Shown here piece by piece: positions 25,101 through 39,240 of a DNA stretch of 64,000 bases. The stretch's first letter is position 1, and each line of letters starts with the position of its first letter. Source of the stretch: Ruditapes philippinarum. Its lineage: Eukaryota. The position numbers and the translations under genes are program-made. Where the stretch lies: NCBI RefSeq assembly GCF_026571515.1, contig NW_026853905.1, forward strand, positions 186,001-250,000. Direction: 5' to 3'. The notes beneath the pieces are model-generated. The model ran no database searches. It saw nothing but the letters and a program-made list of their open reading frames with translations, and was not told where the DNA came from.

Positions 25101-28100
25101 AAAGAAATGTTTAAAGCAATAACTTCCGTAAACTTCCCTCAACATTTTATTATAATATGCCTATTGGTACATTCTTGTTAGAATATATACTTTGTTTGGT
25201 AGTAAATCAAAACTACTAGTATTAATTTTTAACCTACATTTTAACAAACATAACTGCAAATTCAATTACTGGTAAAAGAATCAAAGTTATGGTACACAAT
25301 GTTTTTGTTCAATTGTGAATATGAACGAAAAGAATTCTTTAGCAAGTCATAAATACATTGAACAGTAGAATATTCATAAGAATCTTACATGCAAAGAGCT
25401 CTTTTGCTTGTTCCATAGTCTTTGGAAAACCATCCAGGATAAACCCTTGGTTCTGACACGGCATTGATAAAAGTTTGTCTCTGAAAAATTTGAGGACATA
25501 TGTATCCTCTATACGTCCATTGTTATTTTCCTTGCCCTCATTGATTGAGTCGAGAAGTTCTTGAGCATCTTGGGCTTTTCCTTCATCTTCTTCCTGATCT
25601 TCAGAATCAGCACGACGAGATGTGGTTGTCTGAAGGAAGACATATAACTGTACATAAGATAACTGCATTCATTATTATAGAAACAACTTAACACAATGAT
25701 CTAAAATCTGTATTGGTATTATATATTACTTCATGTTTAAGTCATTACTGTTTTGGAAATTGGGGAGAGGTATAAAAAAAAGATTCTTCATACAAAATGC
25801 TGAAAATTCCATTCATGAAGTTTATTACGCTGTACATTCAAATGGACAATGATGTTAACTTCAACTCTGTTATCAATGAAACTAGATATTCTAGTATCTG
25901 AGTAAATATTATCTTTACAACAAATTTAGTATATAATCATACCAAGTCATCTATAGCCTGATCAATGACGTCTTTAATCTTGATGTGATGTAATTTGTAA
26001 TGCTCACACAACTGTTTCACAACTGTTGACTTTCCACTGGCTGGTGGTCCCAATACACACACTCTCAATGGCTGAAATAAATAAACAAAATATGATGTAT
26101 TCTATAACAATGTAGTTTTAATGCCATTTGTCACTCCAATACTGAAGGGACAGATAGAATTTCTATATTTTTTAATATGAAAGAGGGGGTAATTTTAACA
26201 TAGAAGAAATCCCAAGTTATAGAACTTGGCCTGGGAAGAGATCATAATGTGTTTGATACATGTATAAAATTTCATTGTAAGTTTGAGTCACTGGCTTCAA
26301 CTCATAGGTAAATTATATTTTAAGCCATCTGTATAATTATAGTCAAAGTCGTTAATATTGCTTGTTTTAGTATTGTATATATAAGTTGGATTTTTACTTA
26401 GCAAAACCAGACTTATGGCACAGTTAACATATATTAAAGTGAACTGAAACTTCAGACATAAAAAAGAGCATATTTTTATACAGTTTTATGCTTATTACAG
26501 TGTAAACTGACCCAATGATATTCATCAACGGGTTTTAACTAATCAAGGATATTACACAATGAGCATGGCAACTTAATACAATTTGAATAAAATATAGAAA
26601 TATGAAATACATTGTACTTACATGTAGGTTCCTGGTATCTTTGTATTCTTTGATAATAGCTTGTATATTCTCCACCATACCAGCCTCTGACACCCAACTG
26701 ATTCTCATGTTTTCTTTGACATTCACTGCATCCATACGTAGGTTAACCAGTAACATGTCAAAATCATTTTGCTGAAATGTTCATTATAATGAAAAATTAT
26801 CATTTTCCTATGCTATTTTGACGACAAATAAGAAAATTCTTTATGACAACAATATCACTTTGTATGTTGTTTCATTTCATTAGACAAAATTGTAATGCAA
26901 CACAAGCTGGTTCACCATTTAAAGGAAACTACTCACGTTAACAGTACTTTATGTAAAGCTTGCTTCACAGGTGCAAAACAAAAATCAAACCACTTGGTCT
27001 GCTGTTTCAAAATTAAGATAATTATGTTTTGTTGATATTTTTGTGTGTTTTTCTCTTTCTCTCAATTTTTTTTTTTAATTTCTCTGCTGTTTACTAATAT
27101 TAAATTTTTGTCAATACCTCAATTTCCTTATTCAAAAGTGCTTCTTCTTTGGTAATATTCTTCACTTTGTCTGTGCCCAGGCTTCCACTAACACTCTACA
27201 AAACAAGTCAAAAGATATATAACAACTGCAATTAATCATTTTTTTGTACCCATAAAAATTGTAAAGCAGAAAAATGAAAAGATGATGGAACAAAAGATTG
27301 TATTATTTATTTACAAAACATCAAACACATTACAGACGATCATGCTCTAAGATTTAACATGAATAAGTACTTCATTTCATTTCTCTCAAAAAAGCTTTTC
27401 ATATGAGTTTATATATTTATCCTCAATTTTGGAAGAATGAGTATTACAGTTTGTAGAGGATCTATGTATAATGTATGGTAAGTATGGTAAAACTGTTACC
27501 TTGACAATTTCTTCTAGGGTACTGTTTGAGTCATCTTTAGCAATGAGATACCGCACCTTGGGTCGACTGTCAGCAATATTCTGGATCACTCTGTTTATTG
27601 TAAATATGTATATATCATAAACTTTGAAACACATTATATATAATGGTACAAATGTTACAAACTGTAAGTCAAAAACACTGCATAAAAATCCTTAGAAATA
27701 TCAAGTTCAATTTAAAATATTATAAATGTTCAACTTTGCTTTACATGTATATACAAAAAGAATATCACTTACGCAGCTAGATCTTTAATGTGGATTGTGG
27801 GTACAACATTCTGTCCATTTCCAAAGCACAGGAGCTCTGGGGCATTGTGCCAGGCAGACTGAAAATCAAATTGCAAAAAATGGATGGTAAGTTTATAAAT
27901 AAAAGATTCTTGTGTTAAAATGTGTTAAATGTCATCATCAAATGTATATATAGTAAAAAATTCACATTCTACCTATTGAATTACATGTATTTACACTATT
28001 AAATTTTATAAAATCTGATTAATCAATTTTGTTATTTCTTTCTCTGATAATTTTGAGTAACATTTCAACTTTTGTCCAAGCATTGTGGACTTCAGACTTA

Positions 28101-31100
28101 AGTCACATACAGTATTTATTCCGATCAGACTACATGGTCAAATATGCAGGACAGCCCTTTACTGTTGACATAAACCTGCAATTAATAAATTTTACACTCT
28201 AGTCTGTAATAATTTGCATGTTACACTCTAAATAATGATGTTACCTTGAAGAGATAATGGAAAATCTGCTCCTCAGCACCATATGTGAGACCAGATGCTA
28301 CCACATAAGTTACCAGCTTGCTTTTGTTCTGAAATTATAATATTTAAGTTACATATATTATACATGTGATTAAAAAATATCTAAATCACCATTTTCATCT
28401 CACTTTTCACTTGATTGTTAAGTTATCATTTGTATTACTTTTAAGGGTAAAAAATAGATCCATAAATCATCATAAACATTTGTTTATTTCTGTTGGCACA
28501 TCTAACATAGCACATGTACAATGCAGAAAGATAAATGAATCTACAGATGGAATCATTCATTATATTGATGATAATGAAGATGATTTACATTACCCATGCA
28601 TAAAAATTGAATATACATGACAAGGTTACAGTTACATAAGTGTGTGAGTGTCTCATTTTCAAAACAAAAAAATTATACATGCTTTATATCACAGGCTAGG
28701 GCAGTTGCATACTTGAAATAAACAATACATCTCATCAATATTGAATAAAATGTGCATATCACTCATGTGTGTTGTATAATTATAAAATATATACAACAAG
28801 TTTACAATATATCATTATAAACATATAGATAGTTTTCCTCCTGTACGTGCATTATATAAACATGCTAAGTATGTGATACAATATACAGCTTACTATATAA
28901 TCTTCAACAGGTGTAGAAGAGGCACTACTCCCATCCTAGTATAATTTAATCAGTTCAATATTGATTATTCAATCTCCCCTTATCAAGTTACAAGACTGTT
29001 ATTAAATATGAATTTTAAACAATATCAGGGTTACGCTGATTCTAGGCACTTCAAATAACCAGAACTGTGACAGGAAGTAACACAGTTGGCAAAAAATTCT
29101 TCTCCATGATTATGGATAGGATCCCTTAAAACAGTAGTCAATAAATGAGATTCATTAAGTCTAAATTTCATTTCGTTGATTTACCAGTACATTACAAAGC
29201 CAGATGAAATAATGAGGTGGAAAATAGGAACCCATATTACATTTAACTGATCGATCTTTTAATTAAAAATTAAATTTAACAAAAAAATTGATCAACCTAA
29301 GCCAATAGAAAATAGCAAGTCTAAGCCTTTAAAATACTTAATCTCTAGGATATGCCTGATACTTACAGTCTTTCCCAGCTTAATAACTGTTTTCTCAGCA
29401 CTGATGTGTTCCTTGAAATTAGGATGTGGTTTTCTTCTTCTGTAATCATCCTCAGTGAATGGGATTTCTGGATCATCCTATCGTAAAAATATGCTTATTA
29501 TTCAATGTACTGCATTACTTTATCGGTTAACATGATCTACTCTTACAATTTATTCTATCTTCTCATTGTGTCTGCATTACTTCATAAAACAAACATAAGC
29601 ATTTACCACAACCGCTAAAAGTTCAATACTTTCAGTATTACTAAAGCATTTTCTGTGAATGACTTAAATTTAAAGAATTAAGTTGATTATGTAAAGTGGT
29701 ATACTTATATCGTAGTGCTATAAAGATTGGTGACCTATAAGCGAATATCTCATTTTTCATTGTTGATTTTTGGATTATAGATTAGTTTATCAACTTACAG
29801 GGTCCAATGGCTTGCTTTTGGCCCATGTCATCACAGAGGATATGAGGATAAACATTTTGGGCTTCTCAATTTTTTCCAGATCAGAATGAAGTTCTGAAAG
29901 TAGAAGATAACTGTAAATTAGATATTAATCCTATGATATAGCAATCTACATCCAACAATAACAAGAGCTGTCCGTAAGACAGCGCGCTCGACTTTTTTAT
30001 TGCTTGCCAATAAAAAAAGTTTTTGCAGTAAAAGGCAATACAAGAATCTCTGTATTTTTAAAGTGAACTAGTTGTTTGATACCCTTGAATATTACAGCAA
30101 TGTTTATATGACATAATTTATGGTAAAGTGAACAAGTGGATAGGAATGAATTTTTTTAGATTTTTTAAGTTTTTTATTGCTTGCCTATAATACAAAACAT
30201 TGACAGTTAAGGGCCATAATTCAAATAAAATCTTTGACAGAATTACCTTCTCCTGGACATGTTTGGGAATCATGATTGTAAACAAGTATTCCAACTTTCA
30301 AATTAATATCTCAAACAGTTCAGTCAAAAAGTGGACTGGTACTAAAAACTTAACCAAGATTCTAAGTCGATAAAAGGCCTTAATTTTTAAAACAAATCCT
30401 TGACAGAGTTACCTTCTCTTGCGTACAGATGGGGGTAATGATGTGAAATAGCATTAAAAGTTTCAAAGCAATATCTCAAAGGGTTAAGGCAATAAGTGGA
30501 TTTTACCCATATTCAATGTATTTTCTAAGTCAAAAAGGGGCATAATTCTGTCAAAAACCTTGACAGAGTTATGTCCTCTTGTCTGTTGATGAAGGTCGTG
30601 ATGGTAAACAAGTATGGTCAGTTTCAAAGCAATACCTCCAATGGTTTTGAAATAAAGTGAGGTGGTACAAAAAACTTAACCAAGCTCAATACACTTTCTA
30701 AGTCAAAAAAGGGCCATAATTCTGTCAAAAACCTTGACAGAGTTTATGTACTCTTGTCTGTAGATGGAGGTTATGATGGTGAACAAGTATGGTAAGTTTC
30801 AAAGCCATACTTGTAATACTTCTGAAATAAAGTGGGGTGGTACGAAAAACTTAACCAAGGTGTGACGCCGACGCCGACGCCGGGGCGAGTAGGATAGCTC
30901 CCCTTTTCATAGAAAAGTCGAGCTAAAAATCTTTCAACATTTTGAAAAAAAATATAACATTTATATAACATACATATATTTTTGTATTGTTTCTTTATTT
31001 TATTTTCTTGAACTAAAGTAACAAGACACTTGAATATAAATATGTTTAATTCAAATAATACACCTGGTACTTTCTATAATTTGCTTAATCTAATGAATAA

Positions 31101-32720
31101 AAAAATCAAAGCAAAACAGCCCAATAAAATCTTACATATATTTCAGAAGAGTATTATGAAAAGAACGGTCATTAAAATATTTTTACCTGACACAGCCCAA
31201 ACAGCCTCATCAATCTGGTCAGGGTCCTCTGTGATATCATAAACAATAACATCACATTCAACAAGGAACTCATACAGCTGATCTTTGTTGTCAAACTGTA
31301 ACAAGAATAAAGTCAATGTGTAAGCATACAACATTTTTTTTTATCATTATAGTACTATTGTGATAATATCATTAAATTATAATTTAAATTTTTAAATACT
31401 AATTATCATGCTACACTTTAACAACTTAATAATAACAACAAAACAATAACTAAATAAACAATTTTGTCTCAAAAGATTTTTGTCTGAATATATTAATATA
31501 TCATTCAATTAACATAGCTAAAGGAAATACTTACATTAACAAGTTCTTTCACATAATCTGGTTTCTGTACATTTGGTCCCTTTTCTTTGGTTGTTCCAAC
31601 AATTTCATAGCATCCTTCTTTTGGAGGAGGGATGAAACTGTCTGTAGACTTGGCATCATCTTCTTCCTCAGGCTCTTCAAGGGAAGCCCCAACAACACAA
31701 CGGGATAAATACTGCAATGTAAAATAGATTGATATATGGAAATGAAGTGTTTCCGCTACTCTGCATTTCTTGCATTTTTGACGCAATAATTTCATGAATG
31801 AGACATTGAAATTTGCAAAGCTTGTTTTCTATGATGCAGTCATAATCTACCGTAATTGGATTTCTTTTCATTAAGTTATTTCTCCTATTATTTGCACCAT
31901 CCTGTTTAAATTGGCAATTATTATTTGAGTATACAAAATTTATTTATTTCCGGTAACTGCATGTATGTATAAATTGCTAACTGATTCTTTGTCATTATCG
32001 GCACAATTTCTGTCCGACTTTTAACTGTTAGACATGTTCAGTCTGGGTAAACAAGCGTGCATGCAGACGCTTTTCTCACAATGGCAAACACACTGCGAAG
32101 GATTATTGGCTTTAATAATGAAAATATCTGAGTTTCTGCAATAAACACTAGTCTGACAGGTTAAATGTTTTAATGCAAATAAGCTTTGGTTCTTCCTTAG
32201 AATTTTTTTGTTTGCAACCGCAAAAAGTGAGAAATTGAAGTTAATATTGAAGTTTATGTGAAATCCAACAGTTCTGACTTTGAGATTGACTTCTGTAGTT
32301 TTTACTTTTTTATTAAATTTGACCCTTTATAATTTCAAATATTTTTTATACAGAGGGTCACAAATGACCCACATAAAACTAGTCTGGCAGATTAAACACT
32401 GAAAAAGCATCATAAAGAATTTCATAATGAATTATTTCATAGCCCTTTTGTTTGCATAATGCATATTAGTATACTATTATGACATGTAAGCCCAGGTCTA
32501 CACTTAGATCAGAAAAACAATGTCGCGAAATGCAATGACAAAACCGAAAGTTAGAAATAATTTCTTACGTTTAATTGTTAATTTCAATTTTTTTGAAAAA
32601 TGAAATATCACATTGACGATGCATTACCTTGGATAAATTTTTCCCTTGAAACTGGTCTACTTGGTTAACAAATAACCGTTTACTTTTTGGTTTATCTCCA
32701 TCGTCTTGCGTGCTCGCCAT
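22146..32720 (-). CDS. AK7: Adenylate kinase 7 (N-terminal NAD-binding-like fold, P-loop AK domain, coiled coil, C-terminal Dpy-30 motif), 17 exons, ~708 aa
   Basis: Exons 32720-32628, 31711-31535, 31295-31187, 29893-29799, 29477-29367, 28328-28245, 27858-27773, 27590-27500, 27195-27118, 26771-26622, 26071-25943, 25629-25389, 24931-24668, 24282-24202, 23528-23389, 23088-22930, 22184-22146 (2127 nt). P-loop [43 protein letters not shown], Dpy-30 [38 protein letters not shown]. Confidence 0.96.
22433..22794. mobile_element. Degenerate TTAA-flanked MITE (Kolobok-like) in the last AK7 intron
   Basis: ttaa-agggactccac ... gtggagtttg-ttaa; short, imperfect TIR. Confidence 0.4.
23224..23302. repeat. 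Perfect 34-bp inverted repeat with 11-nt loop in AK7 intron 15
   Basis: tagggtcatatgtgtgctaaatgaagtatttcac (23224-23257) and its exact reverse complement (23269-23302). Confidence 0.97.
29960..30929 (-). mobile_element. HINE-like element in AK7 intron 3 with diverged ~170-bp units; twin of 55169-56000
   Basis: On the minus strand: tttttagctcgacttttc, (cggcgt)n, units with tgaaactt and ttatggcccttt, aaaagtcgagc, hairpin gctgtc-ttacg-gacagc, tcttgtt. Confidence 0.88.
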
Positions 32721-32790
32721 TTTGTCTGTTTACGTTGCGTTGCTAAGGTACATTCGGTAAGTTCCGTAGTTTCCGGAAACTCGCGACTTC
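32716..32790. promoter_or_regulatory. AK7/FAM89 bidirectional promoter region with X-box-like, ETS-like and YY1-like motifs
   Basis: cgccatttt over the AK7 ATG, GTTGCTAAGGTAC (RFX X-box-like) at 32739-32751, palindrome tttccggaaa at 32770-32779, ctcgcga at ~32780. Only 189 bp separate the two ATGs. Confidence 0.55.
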
Positions 32791-32909
32791 ATGATCAGGG
32801 TCAAAGAACGCTCAAACGCTTGAATCATTATGGCTGACAAAAGTTTTCAAAGTTTTAGAAAATGAATTTAAATACGTTTTTTAACATCTGACATTTATTT
32901 TTAACAGAA

Positions 32910-35900
32910 ATGTCTGAAATAAACGGTCTACCTCCTTTGCCTCAATGTTTTGACGGCTTGATTAAGGTCGAAAGGACCGTCTCTGAGACCAGTCTGGGTG
33001 AAATACGTGAGGGAACTAGCCATTGCCTCAACATATTAGATAAAAATCAGAATGAAAATACGGGAACACGTAAAGATATAGCCGAAACAGATGACGATGA
33101 CAACGTACTTGAGGACTCAGTGTCCCCTAATTTTGATGACACGCCATTTTCTAAATTAAATACTGCATTACGGAGGCTGAAAAATGAAATGGTAATTTTT
33201 TGTGAGATTAGCATAATTAATATCATGAAAGGTGTTAGCTTAAGGTCTTCAGCATACCCGTTTATATACTATGACATGACGTGAACGCTGAAGACAGACC
33301 CGTACGGAAAGTCCACCAATAATCGTGCCAGGAATCATGAAGTGAACACTGAAGCGAAAGTTCACCAATAATAGTGCCAGGAATCTGACACGCTTGTATT
33401 CATTCATTGAACATGCCCAGGGCTCATCCGGAAGGGCGATTCAGGCGATAACTTCGCCGTGTATATTCCAATTTCGCTCTCCCGATTGATCAAAGAGAAG
33501 TCAACATCGCCGATAAAATCTTAATTCCCAAATAGTAATTACTTAGCGATGTAAAGAGCAGAGATTGTATCCGCCCATATGACGACCGCTAATTATCATT
33601 ATCCAATCAGAGCGTCGCTTTATACTACCCTTCTACCTGTAAGCAAAGCGATAGACCGCCTACTCTAAACAGTAAATAATGAGAGCATCGGCCCGAAACG
33701 GTATAATTGCGTGATAGTTTTGCGAGTTTAATACGGGATTTGGCGGTAATTATAGATTGTTTTTCCCCGATTATCTAAACACGTGCAATCTTCCCTAATT
33801 GATATACACGATGCACTTTGATGGTGGGTTTTTAACCCGAGTAAAGGCGATGTGCAATGGATTTTTCACGGCTATCACAAAACTGTTAGTCAATTAAAAA
33901 TAATCAATGTCATTAATGTTGAGCCACAGGATTAAAAACTTAATAATAGTTTTGAATGATTTCAGTCTGTTAACATCAATTTTTACTGTAAAATTGTTAT
34001 GTCGCTCATGTCATGGCTACAAGGCGAAATGCCGAAACCGAGCAACTTAAGAAAGTTACTGATTCTGAATGATAGTTACACCTACGCGAAAATTTAAGAA
34101 AGCCAATTTGCAAAAATCTTGCGATTGGTATGTTGTAGCGGTGGGGGTGTTTGGCATTGTTCTCTTTGTAGAAATGCCAAATTTGACACAGTTTACGCAC
34201 ATGGGCACGACATCCTGGCGAAACTACATATCGGTCGTATATCATGTAACCTATATCATGTAACGTATATAACAACAGTATTTGTCAGGAAAGAAGTGTT
34301 CTTTTTGTTTCAATATATATATTTGTTTTAATGTCGTAAATATGACGCTCAGATTAAGATTTATCAATATTGTAAATTTTAAAAAGCATTATTTATAAAG
34401 ATATTACCGAATTTAACATTTCATGAAAATAAAGGGAGGTAATTAGAAATTAATTTTCTACAATTTCTCAGTCAAATTTTTCAATAAGAAATGAATGTAT
34501 GCAATTTTAGTAATCAAATATAATGTGCACAAATGTTTGCAGTACATATTTTACATATTATTTGATGTTTGAAAATTGTTTTATAAGCATAATTATATGC
34601 ATATAAATTTGACATTACAACATTCAGGAATCTGAAAGAAATTTCTGTCACCAAAACAGAATACTCATAGAACAGATATTATTAATCATTATCCAATGTG
34701 ACCTCAGTGAGGAAAGTGAAAAATATAAAATTGATTTTATCATCATATCTATTTCTTACACATTATCATCAACAAATCTACATGAAAAGATATAAACACA
34801 TATTTAGAGAAAGCTTATAAATAGCTGATCAATAGATATCAAAAATAAACTTTTTTATTCATATTTGCAGCTCAAAACATTTAGATGCCATTGCCAGATC
34901 TACTATTAATTAATCTACTATTAATTAATACTACTATTAATTAATCTACTATTAATTAATAAACTTGAGGAATATTATATGTGATGTTAATTGTGTTTAT
35001 GTTATAATTAAAGGATGTATAGCCATGCATGTTAATGCATACACATTGGGTTGTTTCCATTCTCCCTAATTTTCGCGAGGAAGTCACTTCTCCCTAAAAT
35101 TTCCCCCCAGGATGAGCCCTGATGCCATGAATTAAGTGAAGCATACCTTGATAAAACTATGTATAATCAGTTGATAAGCCAAGGATGGACACATTAAAAT
35201 CTTATTACAAAGATAAACTACCTTATAGTTTCCGACAGGTAAAAAATTCAGCACTTGGCTGCCATATTGCCAAAATGTTTGACCATGTGATTATGAGATT
35301 GGCCTTTAAGGGTAAATTTGCGCAGACAGTTAAGAAAACAGAACCCATGTGCTTCCAACTTTTTTATAAATTACTTTTTTAAAAAGATATTGAAAAAGGT
35401 GATTTACTGACTTTTAGATTCAATATAATGATATTTGGGACTAAAAAATTTAAGAAAAACTAAATAAAAGCGTTATCTTGAATTATAAATATTGAAATAA
35501 TGTAAACAATGATTTTCTAAATATTGTACATGACTCTACTCTAATTGGTTCCCGCCAATGACGTCATACGAGGTCTCATGAAGCTCCTAAATGTCATGGC
35601 CGACTCTAGTCCGCATACAGTCAGCGTAATTGATGTTTCACAGTTAAATAGGCAATTTAAAAGATAATGAGTATTAATATTTTGATACTTTAAATGGTAT
35701 AGAACAATATTAAAATAATTGTTTTATCGCAAAATGCACAACTGTCATTTTTACTTTAGGCACAGGAAATAGATCGGCAGCACTGTTGCTGGTTTGAATC
35801 AATTTAAATGGTTAAAATCAGAGAACATCTTTCAGTTCTTCAAAAAGTCATAAGTCTAAAATATATATATATTTTGTGACTTGTCTCAGTCAAAAATGTA

Positions 35901-36707
35901 TGCAATTAGAGCTTTTATTTTGAATTTGTTTTGTAAACAATTTCTCCGTTGGACATGTTATGATGTCATCGTATCAACATGAAGTCAGTGATAACTAATT
36001 AACTTTTAATAGAATGAATATGGTCAAACCAGTCTAATCTGGTGTCTCTGGATCGGGAAATACTCGCACAAATTTCTATGATAACATAAATTTCTCTAAA
36101 TTATTATGATGTACTGTCAATGAACACCTGTAAAATGTCACGGCCATGTGGACTCAATACAAAAACTGTTACACATTGGTAAAGCAAGCTAATGTTGCAG
36201 AATACCAGTTTAAAACAAAACAAAATTAGCCGCCAACTATTTTGACCTTTGAATGTCACAATATTTGCCTCAAATTTGATAATGATTACTGTTTTATAAA
36301 ACCCAAAATTCTAAAACGCTCTGTTGATAAAATGTTATGATCAGAAAAGCTGTCTCTTTATAACATTAACAATATTAGAAGTAAACAATTTCCTGATTTT
36401 TTTCTTTTTGCAGGCTGGATTAAGAAAATTGGATGTCACATTGTTATATCAGTTGTGGACATTACACGAGGCTATTCAAGAATATAAAGCAGTAATGCAG
36501 GACCAGTATTCGGACATGGGCTCCGAATACTCTTGGGGTGGTCTCAGCAGTAGAGCATGCTCTATTACCAGTATTGATTCATGTGACTTCAACGAGGATT
36601 ATACCTTGCAGTCAAACCCCTCAATCATCAGCTCGTTACAGGGGAGCACTACCAGTCTGATCCAGCAAATAGAAGAGTTGAAAGTCAGGGCCGAAACAGA
36701 ATTTTAA
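32910..36707 (+). CDS. FAM89A: FAM89/LURAP-domain (leucine repeat adapter) protein, 2 coding exons, ~191 aa
   Basis: Exons 32910-33191 and 36414-36707 join in phase 0. N-terminal GLPPLP motif and LNTALRRLKNEM|AGLRKLDVTLLYQLWTLHEAIQEYK are typical of FAM89A/B. The A/B paralog assignment is not meaningful in an invertebrate. Confidence 0.85.
33418..35121. mobile_element. Non-autonomous hAT-like element with 5-bp TSD (hAT5-like) in the FAM89 intron
   Basis: TIR CAGGGCTCATCC / GGATGAGCCCTG. TSD ATGCC at 33413-33417 and 35122-35126. Internal 15-bp tandem atctactattaatta x4 near 34897-34960. Confidence 0.85.
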
Positions 36708-38139
36708 GGCTAAGAAACCATTATTATAGTAGCGGCTATTTAGGAAAACAGTTCCAGTCAACAATATCAGTATTCGGTATATACTGGTAAAAGGTTTTAT
36801 TACTTAAATTAGACTTATATCTACCATATATAATATTCTAGTAGATAAGAATTTTATGCTTTGTAAACAATAGAAAAACTTCAGAACACATGGCAAAGGG
36901 GGGATTTTCCAAGCTAATCGCTGGATTATTCTCCCTGAAATTGTTGGGGGGAAAAAAACATTTGCCAAGTTCCAGATAAAATTTGTTGTGACGTTTTTCC
37001 TTGAATTTTGATTAAAGTTTTGTTTTTGATAAATATTCTATGAGTCAGGTAGATGTTAAAAAAAAGACATTTTATTGTAGTATCTGTTTAAGTTTAAACA
37101 ATTTTTTGTTCAATTTTAGTATCACTCTTGTATTCTTTTCACAGGGTTTAGAGTTTTCTTTTCTTCTTTTTTTGTCAATGTATATATGTTTTTGACTTTT
37201 ACTTGCTAGATTTTCATTCGATTTTTTTTAAGGTAACTGTAAAGTCTTGCATCTAAACACAATAATATGAGTATCTAAGAAATAGTCAAATTAATATGTG
37301 ACAATAGATTCATATAGTTTTTATTTAAAACCCCAGTTTTTATTTAAAACCCCACTAACTAAAAAATATTTAGAGACAAGACAATGACCAAACAAACAAA
37401 ATATTTCTTAAATAACCAAATAGCTTACAGCAAAATAAACTGGGAACAATTGGTTTTATGTCTGAATGTATTTTACTAACAACTGTGATAGAATTTTTTG
37501 GTCTTGGTGCAAAATGGTTGTATCTCCTTTTTATCACATGACATCAATTGTTTACACAGGAAAGTGCTTACAGATTTATTCTTTTATATAACATTTGTAA
37601 AATATAATATTCACATAATGCCGCCATGATTTGTCAGTGATTCTTTGCAATTCACCAATTAAATTCAAATTTTATGTCAATTTATATATGGGAACTGATA
37701 AGATTTTTAAAAAAGGAAAATTGAAGTTCTATTTTGGTAGTTTTTTTTATATATATATATATATTTTCAGGGCATATTTGCCTGTAAACTTCTAAGAAAT
37801 ATTGAACTGTTTTGACTTGCTAAGATGAAACAGGTTATGTGATCATACATGAATATAACTCTTAAATGTCATGTATAGCACAGATATTTAGCTCCATGGT
37901 ATCTGGTACATGTAGTTTTTAAACATTTCAAATTTATCTAATTTCCCAAAAAGCTGCTTACCCCCTCCCCCAAAATTTAAGCAGGGGGATTAGGGTGGGG
38001 GGCTTTTTCAAAATAGCTGGAACTGACCCTGATTTTCTATATGGAAATTTCTATTTTGTCATCTGTCTGATGGTATCAGTTCATGCAGAAGTTCTATACA
38101 GAAATTATGTTATCTGTGGACCAAAATAATCTTAAGTAC

Positions 38140-39240
38140 TTTTATTAACCAGGTTTTCCGAAGGAAAAAACTGGTTATTAGATTGAGGTATGTCGGCGTG
38201 CGGGAGGACGGGCGGGCGTAAACAATTTCTTCTGTGCTCAACTCCTCCTACATTTCTCTACAGATTTTGACCAAACTTTCACAGAACCTTTGTCATCAAG
38301 TGCCCTGGCGCATATTGTCCGGGTTTTGTGATTGGATAATATTTGACCTAGTTATGGCCCTTTGTTTTTTTCCTTATACAGAATATATAGTGAACTATTT
38401 CTTCTGTATGCAACTCCTCCTACATTTCTCAACGTATTTTGACCAAACTTTCACAGAACTTTTGTCATCAAGTGCCCTGGCCCATATTGTCGGGGTTTTG
38501 TGATTGGATAATGTTTGACCTAATTATGGCCCTTTGTTTTTTTTTCCTGATATAGAATATATATTGAACAATTTCTTCTGTGCGCAAATCCTACATTTCT
38601 CAACGGATTTTAACCAAACTTTCACAGAAGGTTTGTCATTAAGTGCCCTGGGGCATATAGTCAAGGTTTTGTGATTGTATAATATTTGACCTAATTATGG
38701 CCCTTTGTTTTTGTTTCCTTATACAGAATATATAGTGAACAATTCATTTGTGCTCAACTCCTCCTACATTTCTCCACAGATTTTGACCAAACTTTCACAG
38801 AAGCTTTGTTACCAAGTGACCTGGCGCATATTGTCGGGGTTTTGTGATTAGATAATATTTGACCTAATTATGACCCTTTGTTTTTTTTCCTTACACAGAA
38901 TATATAGTGAACAATTTCTTCTGTACGCAACTCCTCCTACATTTCTTAACGGATTTTGTTCAAACTTTCACAGAAGCTTTGTCATCAAGTGCCCTGGCGT
39001 GTATTGTCGGGGTTTTGTGATTGGATAATTTTTGACCTTATTATGGCCCTTTGTTTTTTTTTCCTTATACAGAATATATAGTGAATTCTTCTTCTGTGTG
39101 CAATTCCTCCTACATTATTCATGATTTACATTGCACATAGTTACAATTTGTTGCTTGTATTTGTATTTCAACTACAACATATTTATCTACAATGGTGATA
39201 ATAGAAAACCTGGTTTCATGGCATTGCCATGTTTCTTGTT
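38140..39240 (+). mobile_element. HINE-like element with ~5 x 172-bp tandem array
   Basis: subTIR aaccaggttttc / gaaaacctggtt, 5' stem-loop, (ggcg)n, units containing caaactttcacag and ttatggccctttg, 3' hairpin catggca-t-tgccatg, end tcttgtt. Confidence 0.88.

Noticed and set aside
34006-34331. Three overlapping short ORFs inside the hAT5-like element
   Set aside because: No BED finger, DDE or hAT dimerisation motifs recognisable.
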